A stretch of DNA of 64,000 bases, from assembly GCF_058153355.1 (NCBI RefSeq), contig NZ_CM177019.1. The stretch is one strand, 5' to 3'. Numbering within the stretch: position 1 is the stretch's first letter; each line of letters opens with the position of its first letter. Made by a program: the position numbers and the translations under genes. The notes under the pieces are model-generated. The model did not search any database. It had not been told where the DNA came from and saw only the letters and a list, made by a program, of their open reading frames with translations. Below are positions 55,182 through 64,000 of the stretch, in pieces.

Positions 55182-56049
55182 TGAGGTTCACCCGTTTTCT
55201 GGTCAGCAGAATGACAGCGAAAATAATGATGAAGAGCACCACTGAGATCGCCGCCGCTTTCCCTAAGTCATTAAAGGCAAAGGCGGTTTTGTAGAGATAG
55301 ACGCCGAGAATATCGACCTTGGTCGTCAGCAAATAAACGTCAGCGAACATGTAGAACATCCAGATGGTACGCAGAGTCACCACCGTCGCCAGGACCGGCA
55401 TAATCGCGGGCAGCGTGACGATGCGAAACCGTTGCCAGGCATTCGCGCCGTCCATCTCTGCCGCTTCGTACAACGATTTATCAATGGTCTGCAAAATCGC
55501 CAGAAACGAGATAAAGGCATACGGGAAGTAGCGCCAGATGGCGAACAGCACCACCAGCACAAAACTACTGCCCGGGTTATCGAACCACAGCGGCGCCTGC
55601 TCATAGAGATGCAGAAGATCGACGCCGAGGTAGTTCACAATGCCGTAGCCGTTGTTGAACATGTATTTCCAGGCGAACACCAGCGAAATGGATGGCGTTA
55701 CGTAGGAGAGGATCACCAACGAACGCGCGGTCTTGCGCAGGCGAAACTCGCGGTTGAAAAACATCGCCACTGCCAGCCCGAGCACGGTGCTGCCCGCCAC
55801 CACCAGCGCGGTATACCAGACCGTCATCCACAGCGAGTGCCAGAAGCCGGGATCGGAGAGAATACGCACATAGTTGCTCACCCCAACAAACGTTGCCTCG
55901 ATGTTGGGATTGAGCGGCAGACGTAAAAAACTGATTTCGATATTCGACACCATTGGCCACGCCACCAGACCGCCCAGCAGTAATAAGCTGGGCGCGAGAA
56001 GCAGCAGCGCAAAGGGCATATCGGAACGACCTGAAAAAAGCCTGTTCAT
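55168..56049 (-). CDS. ycjO: sugar ABC-transporter permease YcjO (293 aa)
   Basis: MalF-like permease. Confidence 0.8.
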   Translation of the reverse strand: MNRLFSGRSDMPFALLLLAPSLLLLGGLVAWPMVSNIEISFLRLPLNPNIEATFVGVSNYVRILSDPGFWHSLWMTVWYTALVVAGSTVLGLAVAMFFNREFRLRKTARSLVILSYVTPSISLVFAWKYMFNNGYGIVNYLGVDLLHLYEQAPLWFDNPGSSFVLVVLFAIWRYFPYAFISFLAILQTIDKSLYEAAEMDGANAWQRFRIVTLPAIMPVLATVVTLRTIWMFYMFADVYLLTTKVDILGVYLYKTAFAFNDLGKAAAISVVLFIIIFAVILLTRKRVNLNGNK

Positions 56050-56069
56050 TGCGGATTCCTGTCCTGGGA

Positions 56070-57362
56070 TTAGTGCTGTTCGATCAGTTCATCCAGCTTT
56101 TTCTGGCTCGCTTGCAGCGTGGTTGAGAGATCGGCTTTCCCCACGGTGACGTTATGCACCATTGAACTCACCACACCAGAGCCCGTGACATCGCCCATGC
56201 GGGTAAAGTTTTTGTCCCCTACCGCACCAAAAACCTGAATGTTTGGCAGTTCGCTAATCAACTGATTCGGCAAGTCTCCCAGCGCCTTAATCACATCGTT
56301 ATCTTTCCAGGTGGCAGTCGTCACAACCGCTTTGTTCACCGGCAGCGCCGCGCCTGGTGACATCATCACCCAGTCGGCAATGTTGTCTGCCTGCTCCATA
56401 AAGGTGACAAATTTTTCCGCCGCTTCCGTCTCTTCGCTGTTTTGCCCGGCGGTAATGGTCAGCGAGGTCAACATGCCGTAGACCGCCGAGTTTTTCTCGG
56501 TTGGCACCACGAAACCGACATTTTTCGGGTCACCTTCTTTAATCACAGCCGGAAGGATATAGGTGGAGTAAATCGCCATCGGCGCGGTGCCGTTCATAAA
56601 GGCGTCTTTCACTTCCATAATGTCGTTAGAACCCGGCATGGTGTTGGCAGCAAGGTCGCGGTAATAGGTCAGCGCCTGCATCATCTCCGGCGTATCAAGA
56701 GTGATTTTGCCTTCGGCGTTAAAAACGTTGGCCTGATTGGATAACGCAAACTGAGAGAACGATTGTTCCGTCAGTACGCTTTCTGCCGTCGGCAGTGCAA
56801 TACCGTATTTTTTATTCGCCGGATCGTTCAGTTTCTGTGCGACATCCAGCAACTGTTGCCAGTTTTTCGGCTCATCCAGCCCGGCTTTTGCCAGCACATC
56901 TTTGCGATACCAGATACCGCCAATCCATGCGCTGACAGGAACACCGGTCCAGGCGCTACCATCTTCGGTGCGCACAATCCGCAGAACGCCGTCATAAAAC
57001 GCGCCTTCACCGACATTACTGATGACCGTAGCAACCGCTTTGCGATCGATAAGCTGTTCTTTGTCCATCACTTTCGCGTAGTCATGGCTGGTTTCGATCA
57101 CTTCCGGCAGCGAGCCGCTACGGGAAAGGGTGATGACTTTGGTGTTATAGGCATCTTCTTCCACCGGCACTTGTTTAACAGTGATGCCTGGGTTTTCTTT
57201 TTCAAAACGCGCAATTAACTGACTTATAACCGCCTGGCGTTCCTGTTCCACCGAAGAATGCATAAACTCGATGGAGACATTCGTTTTATTTTCTTCTTTA
57301 CAACCTGAAATCAGGGCGCAGGAAACCAGTGCTGATAACAGCACGATTTTAGATTTAATCAT
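56070..57362 (-). CDS. ycjN: sugar ABC-transporter periplasmic binding lipoprotein YcjN (430 aa)
   Basis: signal peptide plus lipobox LISGCK; family-1 solute-binding protein. Confidence 0.8.
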   Translation of the reverse strand: MIKSKIVLLSALVSCALISGCKEENKTNVSIEFMHSSVEQERQAVISQLIARFEKENPGITVKQVPVEEDAYNTKVITLSRSGSLPEVIETSHDYAKVMDKEQLIDRKAVATVISNVGEGAFYDGVLRIVRTEDGSAWTGVPVSAWIGGIWYRKDVLAKAGLDEPKNWQQLLDVAQKLNDPANKKYGIALPTAESVLTEQSFSQFALSNQANVFNAEGKITLDTPEMMQALTYYRDLAANTMPGSNDIMEVKDAFMNGTAPMAIYSTYILPAVIKEGDPKNVGFVVPTEKNSAVYGMLTSLTITAGQNSEETEAAEKFVTFMEQADNIADWVMMSPGAALPVNKAVVTTATWKDNDVIKALGDLPNQLISELPNIQVFGAVGDKNFTRMGDVTGSGVVSSMVHNVTVGKADLSTTLQASQKKLDELIEQH

Positions 57363-57375
57363 GAGATGTTCCTTT

Positions 57376-59055
57376 TTATTTAATCCACATAACCTGCCAG
57401 GGGCGCAGCGTTATTTCATTACCCACTATATCAACTTCACTAATCAGATCCCGACCGTGCAGGTCAGTAATATTTATATGCTGAATATTTTCACTGACAT
57501 TAAACAAGCCCGTCAGACAATTACCATCCGCGTTGCTTCTTTGAATACGCATTACGGATGAATTAACCGTATCGATGGTAAAATCATTATCTGGATGAAA
57601 CTCGTTATGACTGCGACGAATTTTAATTAGTCGCGACAATTCATGATATACCGCGTGCCTTAACGTCGCTTTATTGTTCAGTTCGGTCGTGATCTCTTCG
57701 CTGGTGTATTTTTTACGGTTAATCGCACGGTTATATCCCAGTTTTTCGACACCTGCGTAATCATTACGCGAGCCCAGAATACTTTGAATATATATCGCGG
57801 GCACACCGGGGAAAATTAACAAAATCGCATGGGCAAGGATAAACCTGGCGCAACGTTCTTCATCGCTACTCTCGCGGCGGCTTAACGCATCCATATAAGT
57901 GACATTCATTTCATACGGGCTACGCGTACCGTCGGGATTATTTTTCCAGTTAACTAATGCCCCTTCCTGCTGTAATGCCTCGACCAGCGCTAATATTTCG
58001 CTTTCGGGTAGCAAGCCACGCAGTGGGTTAAGCCCGATGCCATCGTGAGAGGCGAGGAAGTTAAACCAGGTGGTGTTGCTGGAAGGTAGTGTCAGGTTTT
58101 GCGCCCACGCACAAAGCGCCTCAACGTTCTGTTTTTGCACCGCATGCAGCACCAGCGGCGGCAGCGAGAACTGGTACACCATATGCGCTTCGTCATCACC
58201 GTTGCCAAAGTAAGCAATGTTGTCTTTGTGCGGAACATTGGTCTCGGTAATGATCACTGTACCTGGTGCTACGTCATCAATAATCGACCGTAACAGCTTG
58301 ATAATCAGATGTGTTTTTTCCAGATGGATGCAGCTTGTTCCCGGCTCTTTCCACATAAAGCCAACGGCATCCAGGCGGACATACTCAGCACCTTTCTCAA
58401 GGTAACACAGTAAAACATCCACCATCGCCAGTAACACTTCAGGGCTACGGTAATTCAGGTCAATTTGATCGTCGCTAAAGGTGGTCCATAAATGGCGCGT
58501 TGAATGATCGCGCATCTGGAATGGCGTTAATAACGGTAACGCACGCGGGCGAGTGACGGCGCTGAGATCGGTTTGCGGGTCAACGGCAATAAAAAAATCT
58601 TCAAAGCCTGGCTGCTGCTGTAAATAGTTTTTAAACCATTCACTTTTTGCCGACATATGGTTGCAGACAAAATCAAACATTAAATGACTGCATTCACCGA
58701 GTTGCTGAATATCCTGCCACTCCCCCGCTTCACTGGCGACCTGATGATAATCAATTACCGAAAAGCCATCATCAGATGACCATGGATAAAACGGCAACAA
58801 ATGAACATGTGAAAAAATGCTTTGCAGCCAGTGATGGTAAAACTGATTAAATGTGGGTAGTGGTTTTAAATCATTACTGTGAAATTGATCGGCATAGGTA
58901 ATTAACACGACATCACTTTCATCCCAGTGTTTTTTACGTCGTTGTGTAATTAATCTTTTCGCACTCTCAAGACGCGTTACAAGTTTCTGTAAATGAGTCG
59001 CGGTAAATGTTCCACCGTAGATTTCGTCCAGGTAATCCGTAATTTTCTGTTTCAT
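57376..59055 (-). CDS. ycjM: GH13 sucrose-phosphorylase-like glycoside phosphorylase YcjM (559 aa from MKQKITDY)
   Basis: GH13_18-like sequence; first gene of ycjM-V operon. Confidence 0.8.
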   Translation of the reverse strand: MKQKITDYLDEIYGGTFTATHLQKLVTRLESAKRLITQRRKKHWDESDVVLITYADQFHSNDLKPLPTFNQFYHHWLQSIFSHVHLLPFYPWSSDDGFSVIDYHQVASEAGEWQDIQQLGECSHLMFDFVCNHMSAKSEWFKNYLQQQPGFEDFFIAVDPQTDLSAVTRPRALPLLTPFQMRDHSTRHLWTTFSDDQIDLNYRSPEVLLAMVDVLLCYLEKGAEYVRLDAVGFMWKEPGTSCIHLEKTHLIIKLLRSIIDDVAPGTVIITETNVPHKDNIAYFGNGDDEAHMVYQFSLPPLVLHAVQKQNVEALCAWAQNLTLPSSNTTWFNFLASHDGIGLNPLRGLLPESEILALVEALQQEGALVNWKNNPDGTRSPYEMNVTYMDALSRRESSDEERCARFILAHAILLIFPGVPAIYIQSILGSRNDYAGVEKLGYNRAINRKKYTSEEITTELNNKATLRHAVYHELSRLIKIRRSHNEFHPDNDFTIDTVNSSVMRIQRSNADGNCLTGLFNVSENIQHINITDLHGRDLISEVDIVGNEITLRPWQVMWIK

Positions 59056-59221
59056 GTTGCCTTTCCGTGGTAGCGGTCCCATGAAACGAGAGACTACTCC
59101 GCAGAAAATAAACTGTCAATTGAGCACAAGGGTTTTAGTCACGCAGGAAATCATTTTTTACCAGGGAAAAAGCGTATTTGTGAGCTGACGCAAATAATCT
59201 ATGGGGATGTAAATAAGGTGT

Positions 59222-59251
59222 GACAGAAAAAGTAAACGGCGCATAAGCGCC
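59222..59251 (-). terminator. rho-independent terminator of the psp operon
   Basis: minus strand reads GGCGCTTATGCGCC then GTTTACTTTTTCTG. Confidence 0.7.
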
Positions 59252-59268
59252 GCTTAGGGTGGATTCTT

Positions 59269-59583
59269 TTAACCTTTGACCTTCGGCATTGCGATGTCTT
59301 TCAGGCCGCCAGCGTTCTCAACGTGGGTATATCCCATCTCGCTAAGGATCTCTTTTGCCTGCCCTGACTGGCGTCCGGCATTGCAATACACTTTCACGGT
59401 GTCGTTTTTATCCGGAACGGCGGTGGCAATGCGCTCTTTCACTTCCTTCAGGGGAATATTGATGGCTCCCTGAACGTGCTCTTGCTGATACTGCTCTGGA
59501 ACACGAACATCGATCCAGTGTTCAGCGGCGAAAACGGGCAGTGAAAACACCAGTGTCAGAGCAAGTAAGCCTTTTTTAAACAT
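59269..59583 (-). CDS. pspE: periplasmic rhodanese PspE (104 aa)
   Basis: signal peptide; rhodanese active-site Cys in YCNAGRQS. Confidence 0.9.
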   Translation of the reverse strand: MFKKGLLALTLVFSLPVFAAEHWIDVRVPEQYQQEHVQGAINIPLKEVKERIATAVPDKNDTVKVYCNAGRQSGQAKEILSEMGYTHVENAGGLKDIAMPKVKG

Positions 59584-59657
59584 GTAAGCGTCCTTCTATG
59601 GATGAAAATTGCCATCCATAATACGCCTTAGCTTGAACAATTTTTGCGAAACTCCCC

Positions 59658-59879
59658 TCACCTTTTATAACGCTGCGCCAGTTTATTGGCAGCCCGACTT
59701 AACAGCGGTTCCAGCGCCACGGCCAACAACATTTTCAGCGGTCGGCGAGCAACTGATTTTATCGCCCAGCCAGCCACACCCGCCGGGCCATAGCGCAGTG
59801 CAGTAAGAAGTACCAGCTTGCCTGCTAATTTGAAACCAGGCTTCATCTTTTGCCCGGCATGTTGCCAGCGAGTATTCAT
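59658..59879 (-). CDS. pspD: phage-shock protein D (73 aa from MNTRWQ)
   Basis: position and length in pspABCDE. Confidence 0.75.
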   Translation of the reverse strand: MNTRWQHAGQKMKPGFKLAGKLVLLTALRYGPAGVAGWAIKSVARRPLKMLLAVALEPLLSRAANKLAQRYKR

Positions 59880-59887
59880 ATCTTTCC

Positions 59888-60247
59888 TCACAGTTGACGG
59901 AAACGACTACGTAACGTGAAAGTATCGGAAGTGACATAACGTTCCATCTCGCGTAAACGCGTTTCACTTGCCGCCAGTTCACGGTCGACATCATCCAGCA
60001 ATTCGCTGCTGGAAGGTAGCTGCTCACCAAAGGCCATGTTGTCCGGCATTGGATCAAGCGCAAATGACAAAATGATGTAAGCAACCAGGGTAAACAGCGC
60101 CAGGCCGAAGAAAATCGACAGCACCACCAGGATACGTACCAGTTTTACCGGTACATCAAAATAGTTGGCAATCCCGGCGCAGACGCCGCGTACCATGCCC
60201 TGCTGTGGAATACGCCATAATTTTTTATTGAGATTAATACCCGCCAT
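59888..60247 (-). CDS. pspC: phage-shock protein C (119 aa)
   Basis: PspC domain with single TM helix; overlaps pspB stop. Confidence 0.85.
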   Translation of the reverse strand: MAGINLNKKLWRIPQQGMVRGVCAGIANYFDVPVKLVRILVVLSIFFGLALFTLVAYIILSFALDPMPDNMAFGEQLPSSSELLDDVDRELAASETRLREMERYVTSDTFTLRSRFRQL

Positions 60248-60471
60248 TAGCGATCCCTCCAGTTCGGATGTTCTGCATCAAGAATGGATTCCAGTGCCTG
60301 AATACGTTCGCGCATCCGTTTTGCTTCATCAGCCAGTTGCGCTAATCGTTGCTGCTCACTTTGCGACAATTCACCGCGACCGGAACGATTGCTGTAATGC
60401 AGCCATAACCAGATCGGTAAAACAAACAGCACAAAAATGGTTAACGGAATAGCCAGAAATAGCGCGCTCAT
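60247..60471 (-). CDS. pspB: phage-shock protein B (74 aa)
   Basis: single-TM protein MSALFLAIPLTIFVLFVLPIWLWL. Confidence 0.85.
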   Translation of the reverse strand: MSALFLAIPLTIFVLFVLPIWLWLHYSNRSGRGELSQSEQQRLAQLADEAKRMRERIQALESILDAEHPNWRDR

Positions 60472-60524
60472 AAGTACTCCTTAGACGATGAGCGGCGGCG
60501 CGTTCAGACGCCGCCTGGATGTTA

Positions 60525-61265
<741 letters not shown>

Positions 61266-61359
61266 TTATCTTTTTGATTTATAAAGATCTGATTGAAGAA
61301 TCAACAGCAACATGCCAGGATGAGTTAGCGAATTACACTAACAAGTGGCGAATTTCATC

Positions 61360-62337
61360 ATGGCAGAATACAAAGATAATTTACTCGGTGAGGCGAACAG
61401 CTTTCTCGAAGTGCTGGAACAGGTTTCGCATCTCGCACCGCTGGACAAACCGGTGCTCATCATCGGCGAGCGCGGCACAGGTAAAGAGCTGATTGCCAGC
61501 CGTCTGCATTATCTCTCCTCCCGTTGGCAGGGGCCGTTTATTTCCCTTAACTGCGCGGCGTTAAATGAAAATCTGCTGGATTCCGAACTGTTTGGTCACG
61601 AAGCGGGCGCGTTTACCGGTGCGCAAAAACGTCATCCAGGGAGATTTGAACGTGCCGACGGTGGTACGCTATTTCTTGATGAACTCGCTACGGCACCGAT
61701 GATGGTACAGGAGAAATTATTGCGCGTGATTGAGTACGGTGAACTGGAGCGCGTTGGCGGCAGCCAGCCATTGCAGGTGAATGTGCGGTTGGTATGCGCG
61801 ACGAATGCCGATCTCCCGGCGATGGTCAATGAAGGTACTTTTCGCGCTGACCTGCTCGACCGGCTGGCTTTCGATGTAGTGCAACTGCCGCCCCTGCGCG
61901 AGCGCGAAAGCGACATTATGCTGATGGCAGAACACTTTGCCATTCAGATGTGTCGGGAAATCAAGCTGCCTCTGTTCCCGGGTTTTACGGAGCGCGCCAG
62001 AGAAACATTGCTGAATTATCGCTGGCCGGGAAATATTCGTGAATTGAAAAACGTGGTGGAACGTTCGGTGTATCGCCACGGCACCAGCGATTATCCGCTT
62101 GATGACATCATTATTGATCCTTTTAAACGGCGTCCGCCTGAAGACGCTATCGCCGTTTCAGAAACCACCTCGCTTCCAACGCTGCCGCTGGATTTACGTG
62201 AGTTTCAGATGCAGCAGGAAAAAGAGTTGCTGCAACTCAGTTTGCAACAAGGGAAATATAACCAGAAGCGCGCGGCTGAATTACTGGGGTTAACCTATCA
62301 TCAGTTCCGCGCGTTGTTGAAAAAGCACCAGATTTAG
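61360..62337 (+). CDS. pspF: sigma54 enhancer-binding activator PspF (325 aa from MAEYKDNLLG)
   Basis: AAA+ with Walker A GERGTGKE and sigma54-contact GAFTGA loop; C-terminal HTH; no receiver domain. Confidence 0.95.
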   Translation: MAEYKDNLLGEANSFLEVLEQVSHLAPLDKPVLIIGERGTGKELIASRLHYLSSRWQGPFISLNCAALNENLLDSELFGHEAGAFTGAQKRHPGRFERADGGTLFLDELATAPMMVQEKLLRVIEYGELERVGGSQPLQVNVRLVCATNADLPAMVNEGTFRADLLDRLAFDVVQLPPLRERESDIMLMAEHFAIQMCREIKLPLFPGFTERARETLLNYRWPGNIRELKNVVERSVYRHGTSDYPLDDIIIDPFKRRPPEDAIAVSETTSLPTLPLDLREFQMQQEKELLQLSLQQGKYNQKRAAELLGLTYHQFRALLKKHQI

Positions 62338-62456
62338 CGAAGTTGGGCAATACAACTTGCCGGATGCGGCGTGAACGCCTTATCCGGCATACATAATCAA
62401 TACGTCGTTTGCAGGCCTGATAAGCGCAGCGCATCAGACATTATTGCGTTGGGCTA
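62338..62456. repeat. REP/BIME extragenic palindromes
   Basis: gccggatgcggcgtgaacgccttatccggc and gcctgataagcgcagcgcatcaggc between convergent pspF and puuE. Confidence 0.65.
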
Positions 62457-63722
62457 TTAATCGCTCAGCGCATCCTGCAATATTTTCATTGCCGCATCGA
62501 ATTGCGCATCCGGGATGGTCAGCGGATACAGGAAGCGAATCACGTTGCCGTATGCGCCACAGGTCAGCAGGAGCAGCCCCTGCGCCAGCGCGCGTTGCTG
62601 GATTTTCTGTGCAATCGCCGCTGACGGCTCGTCCGTTTGCGGATCGTTAAACTCTGCCGCAATCATCGACCCCAGACCACGTACCGCCGCGATGGCCGGA
62701 ACGCTTTCTTTGGCATCAATCAACGTATTTGTCAGACGCTGGCCCAGTTGATTAGCGCGTTCGCAAAGGGATTCTTTGTCAATAATGTTGAGCACCGCGT
62801 GCGCGGCAGCCACCGCCAGCGGGTTCCCGGCGTAGGTACCACCAAGCCCGCCCGGCGCGGGCGCGTCCATAATATTCGCGTTACCGACCACGCCCGAAAG
62901 CGGCATCCCGCCCGCGAGGCTTTTCGCCATCGTCATTAAGTCCGGCTTATCGGCGTAGTGATCCATGGCAAACAGTTTACCGGTACGCGCAAAGCCGCTT
63001 TGCACTTCATCGGCAATCATCACAATACCGTGCTCGTCGCACAGGCGGCGAATGGCGGCAACCAGCTCTTTTGGCGCAACGTTGAAACCGCCTTCGCCCT
63101 GCACCGGTTCGAAAATAATCGCCGCCACCTGCTTCGCTTCAATGTCCGATTTAAACAAGCGTTCGATGGCATCGAGGGAGTCCTGCGTTGAAACGCCATG
63201 TAAATCTGACGGATAAGGTACGTGATACACCGAACCGGGGAACGGGCCGAAGCCGATTTTGTACGGCGCGACCTTTCCGGTCAGCGCCATGGTCATATAT
63301 GTACGACCGTGGAAGCCGCCGCTAAACGCAATCACGCCAGGGCGTCCGGTATGGGCGCGGGCGATTTTCACCGCGTTCTCCACCGCTTCCGCACCGGTGG
63401 TGAAGAACGCAGTTTTAGCCTGCCCGCTCACCGGGGCAAGGGCGTTGATTTTCTCCGCCAGGGTGACGTAGCTTTCATACGGCACAATCTGATACGCCGT
63501 GTGGGTAAACTGTTGCAATTGCTGCTCCACCGCCGCGACCAGATCAGGGTGGCGATGCCCGGTATTCAGCACCGCAATGCCTGCGGCGAAATCGATATAT
63601 TCGTTGCCCTCTACATCCTTCAGCGTGGCGTTTTCTGCCGACTGGGCGAAGAAGTTACACATCACGCCAACCCCGCGTGGGGTAGCAGAAAGACGACGCT
63701 GATGGAATTCATTGTTGCTCAT
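62457..63722 (-). CDS. puuE: 4-aminobutyrate aminotransferase PuuE (421 aa)
   Basis: class-III PLP aminotransferase; start MSNNEFHQRRLSATPRGVG. Confidence 0.9.
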   Translation of the reverse strand: MSNNEFHQRRLSATPRGVGVMCNFFAQSAENATLKDVEGNEYIDFAAGIAVLNTGHRHPDLVAAVEQQLQQFTHTAYQIVPYESYVTLAEKINALAPVSGQAKTAFFTTGAEAVENAVKIARAHTGRPGVIAFSGGFHGRTYMTMALTGKVAPYKIGFGPFPGSVYHVPYPSDLHGVSTQDSLDAIERLFKSDIEAKQVAAIIFEPVQGEGGFNVAPKELVAAIRRLCDEHGIVMIADEVQSGFARTGKLFAMDHYADKPDLMTMAKSLAGGMPLSGVVGNANIMDAPAPGGLGGTYAGNPLAVAAAHAVLNIIDKESLCERANQLGQRLTNTLIDAKESVPAIAAVRGLGSMIAAEFNDPQTDEPSAAIAQKIQQRALAQGLLLLTCGAYGNVIRFLYPLTIPDAQFDAAMKILQDALSD

Positions 63723-63759
63723 GTTTCACACCTTTTGACTCTTCACTGTTAATCGGAAA

Positions 63760-64000
63760 TTAAACGCCCAGACGATCGCGCAGGCTGTAATAAGCCGCGC
63801 CCATCGCGGTAAATGGCACGCGCAGCGTGCGCCCGCCGGGGAACGGGTAATGCGGCAGATTGGCGAAGGCGTCGAAGCGTTCGGCGTCACCGCGCAGCAG
63901 TTCAGCAATCAAACGCCCGGCAAGATGGGTACAGGTGACGCCGTGGCCGCTGTAACCCTGCATGTAATAGATGTTGGTATCAAGGCGACCGAACTGCGGC
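63760..64000 (-). CDS. puuB: gamma-glutamylputrescine oxidase PuuB, C-terminal part (5' end beyond window)
   Basis: FAD-amine-oxidase C-terminus ...GYSGHGVTCTHLAGRLIAELLRGDAERFDAFANLPHYPFPGG; ORF continues to window edge. Confidence 0.75.
   Translation of the reverse strand, partial: PQFGRLDTNIYYMQGYSGHGVTCTHLAGRLIAELLRGDAERFDAFANLPHYPFPGGRTLRVPFTAMGAAYYSLRDRLGV

Overview
This window is a 64 kb stretch of Escherichia coli chromosome, gene-for-gene colinear (in inverted orientation) with the region of K-12 that runs ydbL-ydbH-ldhA-hslJ-ydbK(pfo)-ompN-uspF // ttcA-dbpA-zntB-dgcM-smrA-abgRABT-ogt-fnr-uspE-ynaJ // ynaI-mppA-pgrR-ycjY // mpaA-ycjG-tpx // tyrR-ycjF-ycjX-ycjW-ompG-ycjVUTSRQPONM-pspEDCBA-pspF-puuE-puuB'. 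All assignments rest on reading the translated ORFs and recalling the K-12 map from memory; no database search was run. Three small RNAs are recognisable by sequence (MicC, FnrS, McaS), plus an FNR box, a sigma54 promoter, REP elements and several terminators. No rRNA, tRNA or CRISPR array was seen. Against that conserved backbone, five places differ from the K-12 arrangement as I recall it. (1) A 684-aa ORF with no motif I can recognise sits between the convergent tpx and tyrR genes, which I recall as directly adjacent in K-12; this is the best candidate for something undescribed. (2) The Rac prophage is absent between uspF and ttcA; a 2.3 kb AT-rich scar remains, with a frameshifted ABC-3 permease pseudogene and a truncated integrase 3' end next to ttcA. 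(3) An intact 1426-bp IS4 with a perfect 13-bp target duplication lies between ynaJ and ynaI. (4) A ycjY paralogue and an NAD(P)-binding gene are present where K-12 has only fragments, and the paralogue is frameshifted at a (GT)4-G12 tract. (5) ycjV is a full-length 360-aa ABC ATPase. Two further observations: a ~35-bp element is repeated upstream of mppA and mpaA, and two small unannotated ORFs fall below the 60-aa track threshold.
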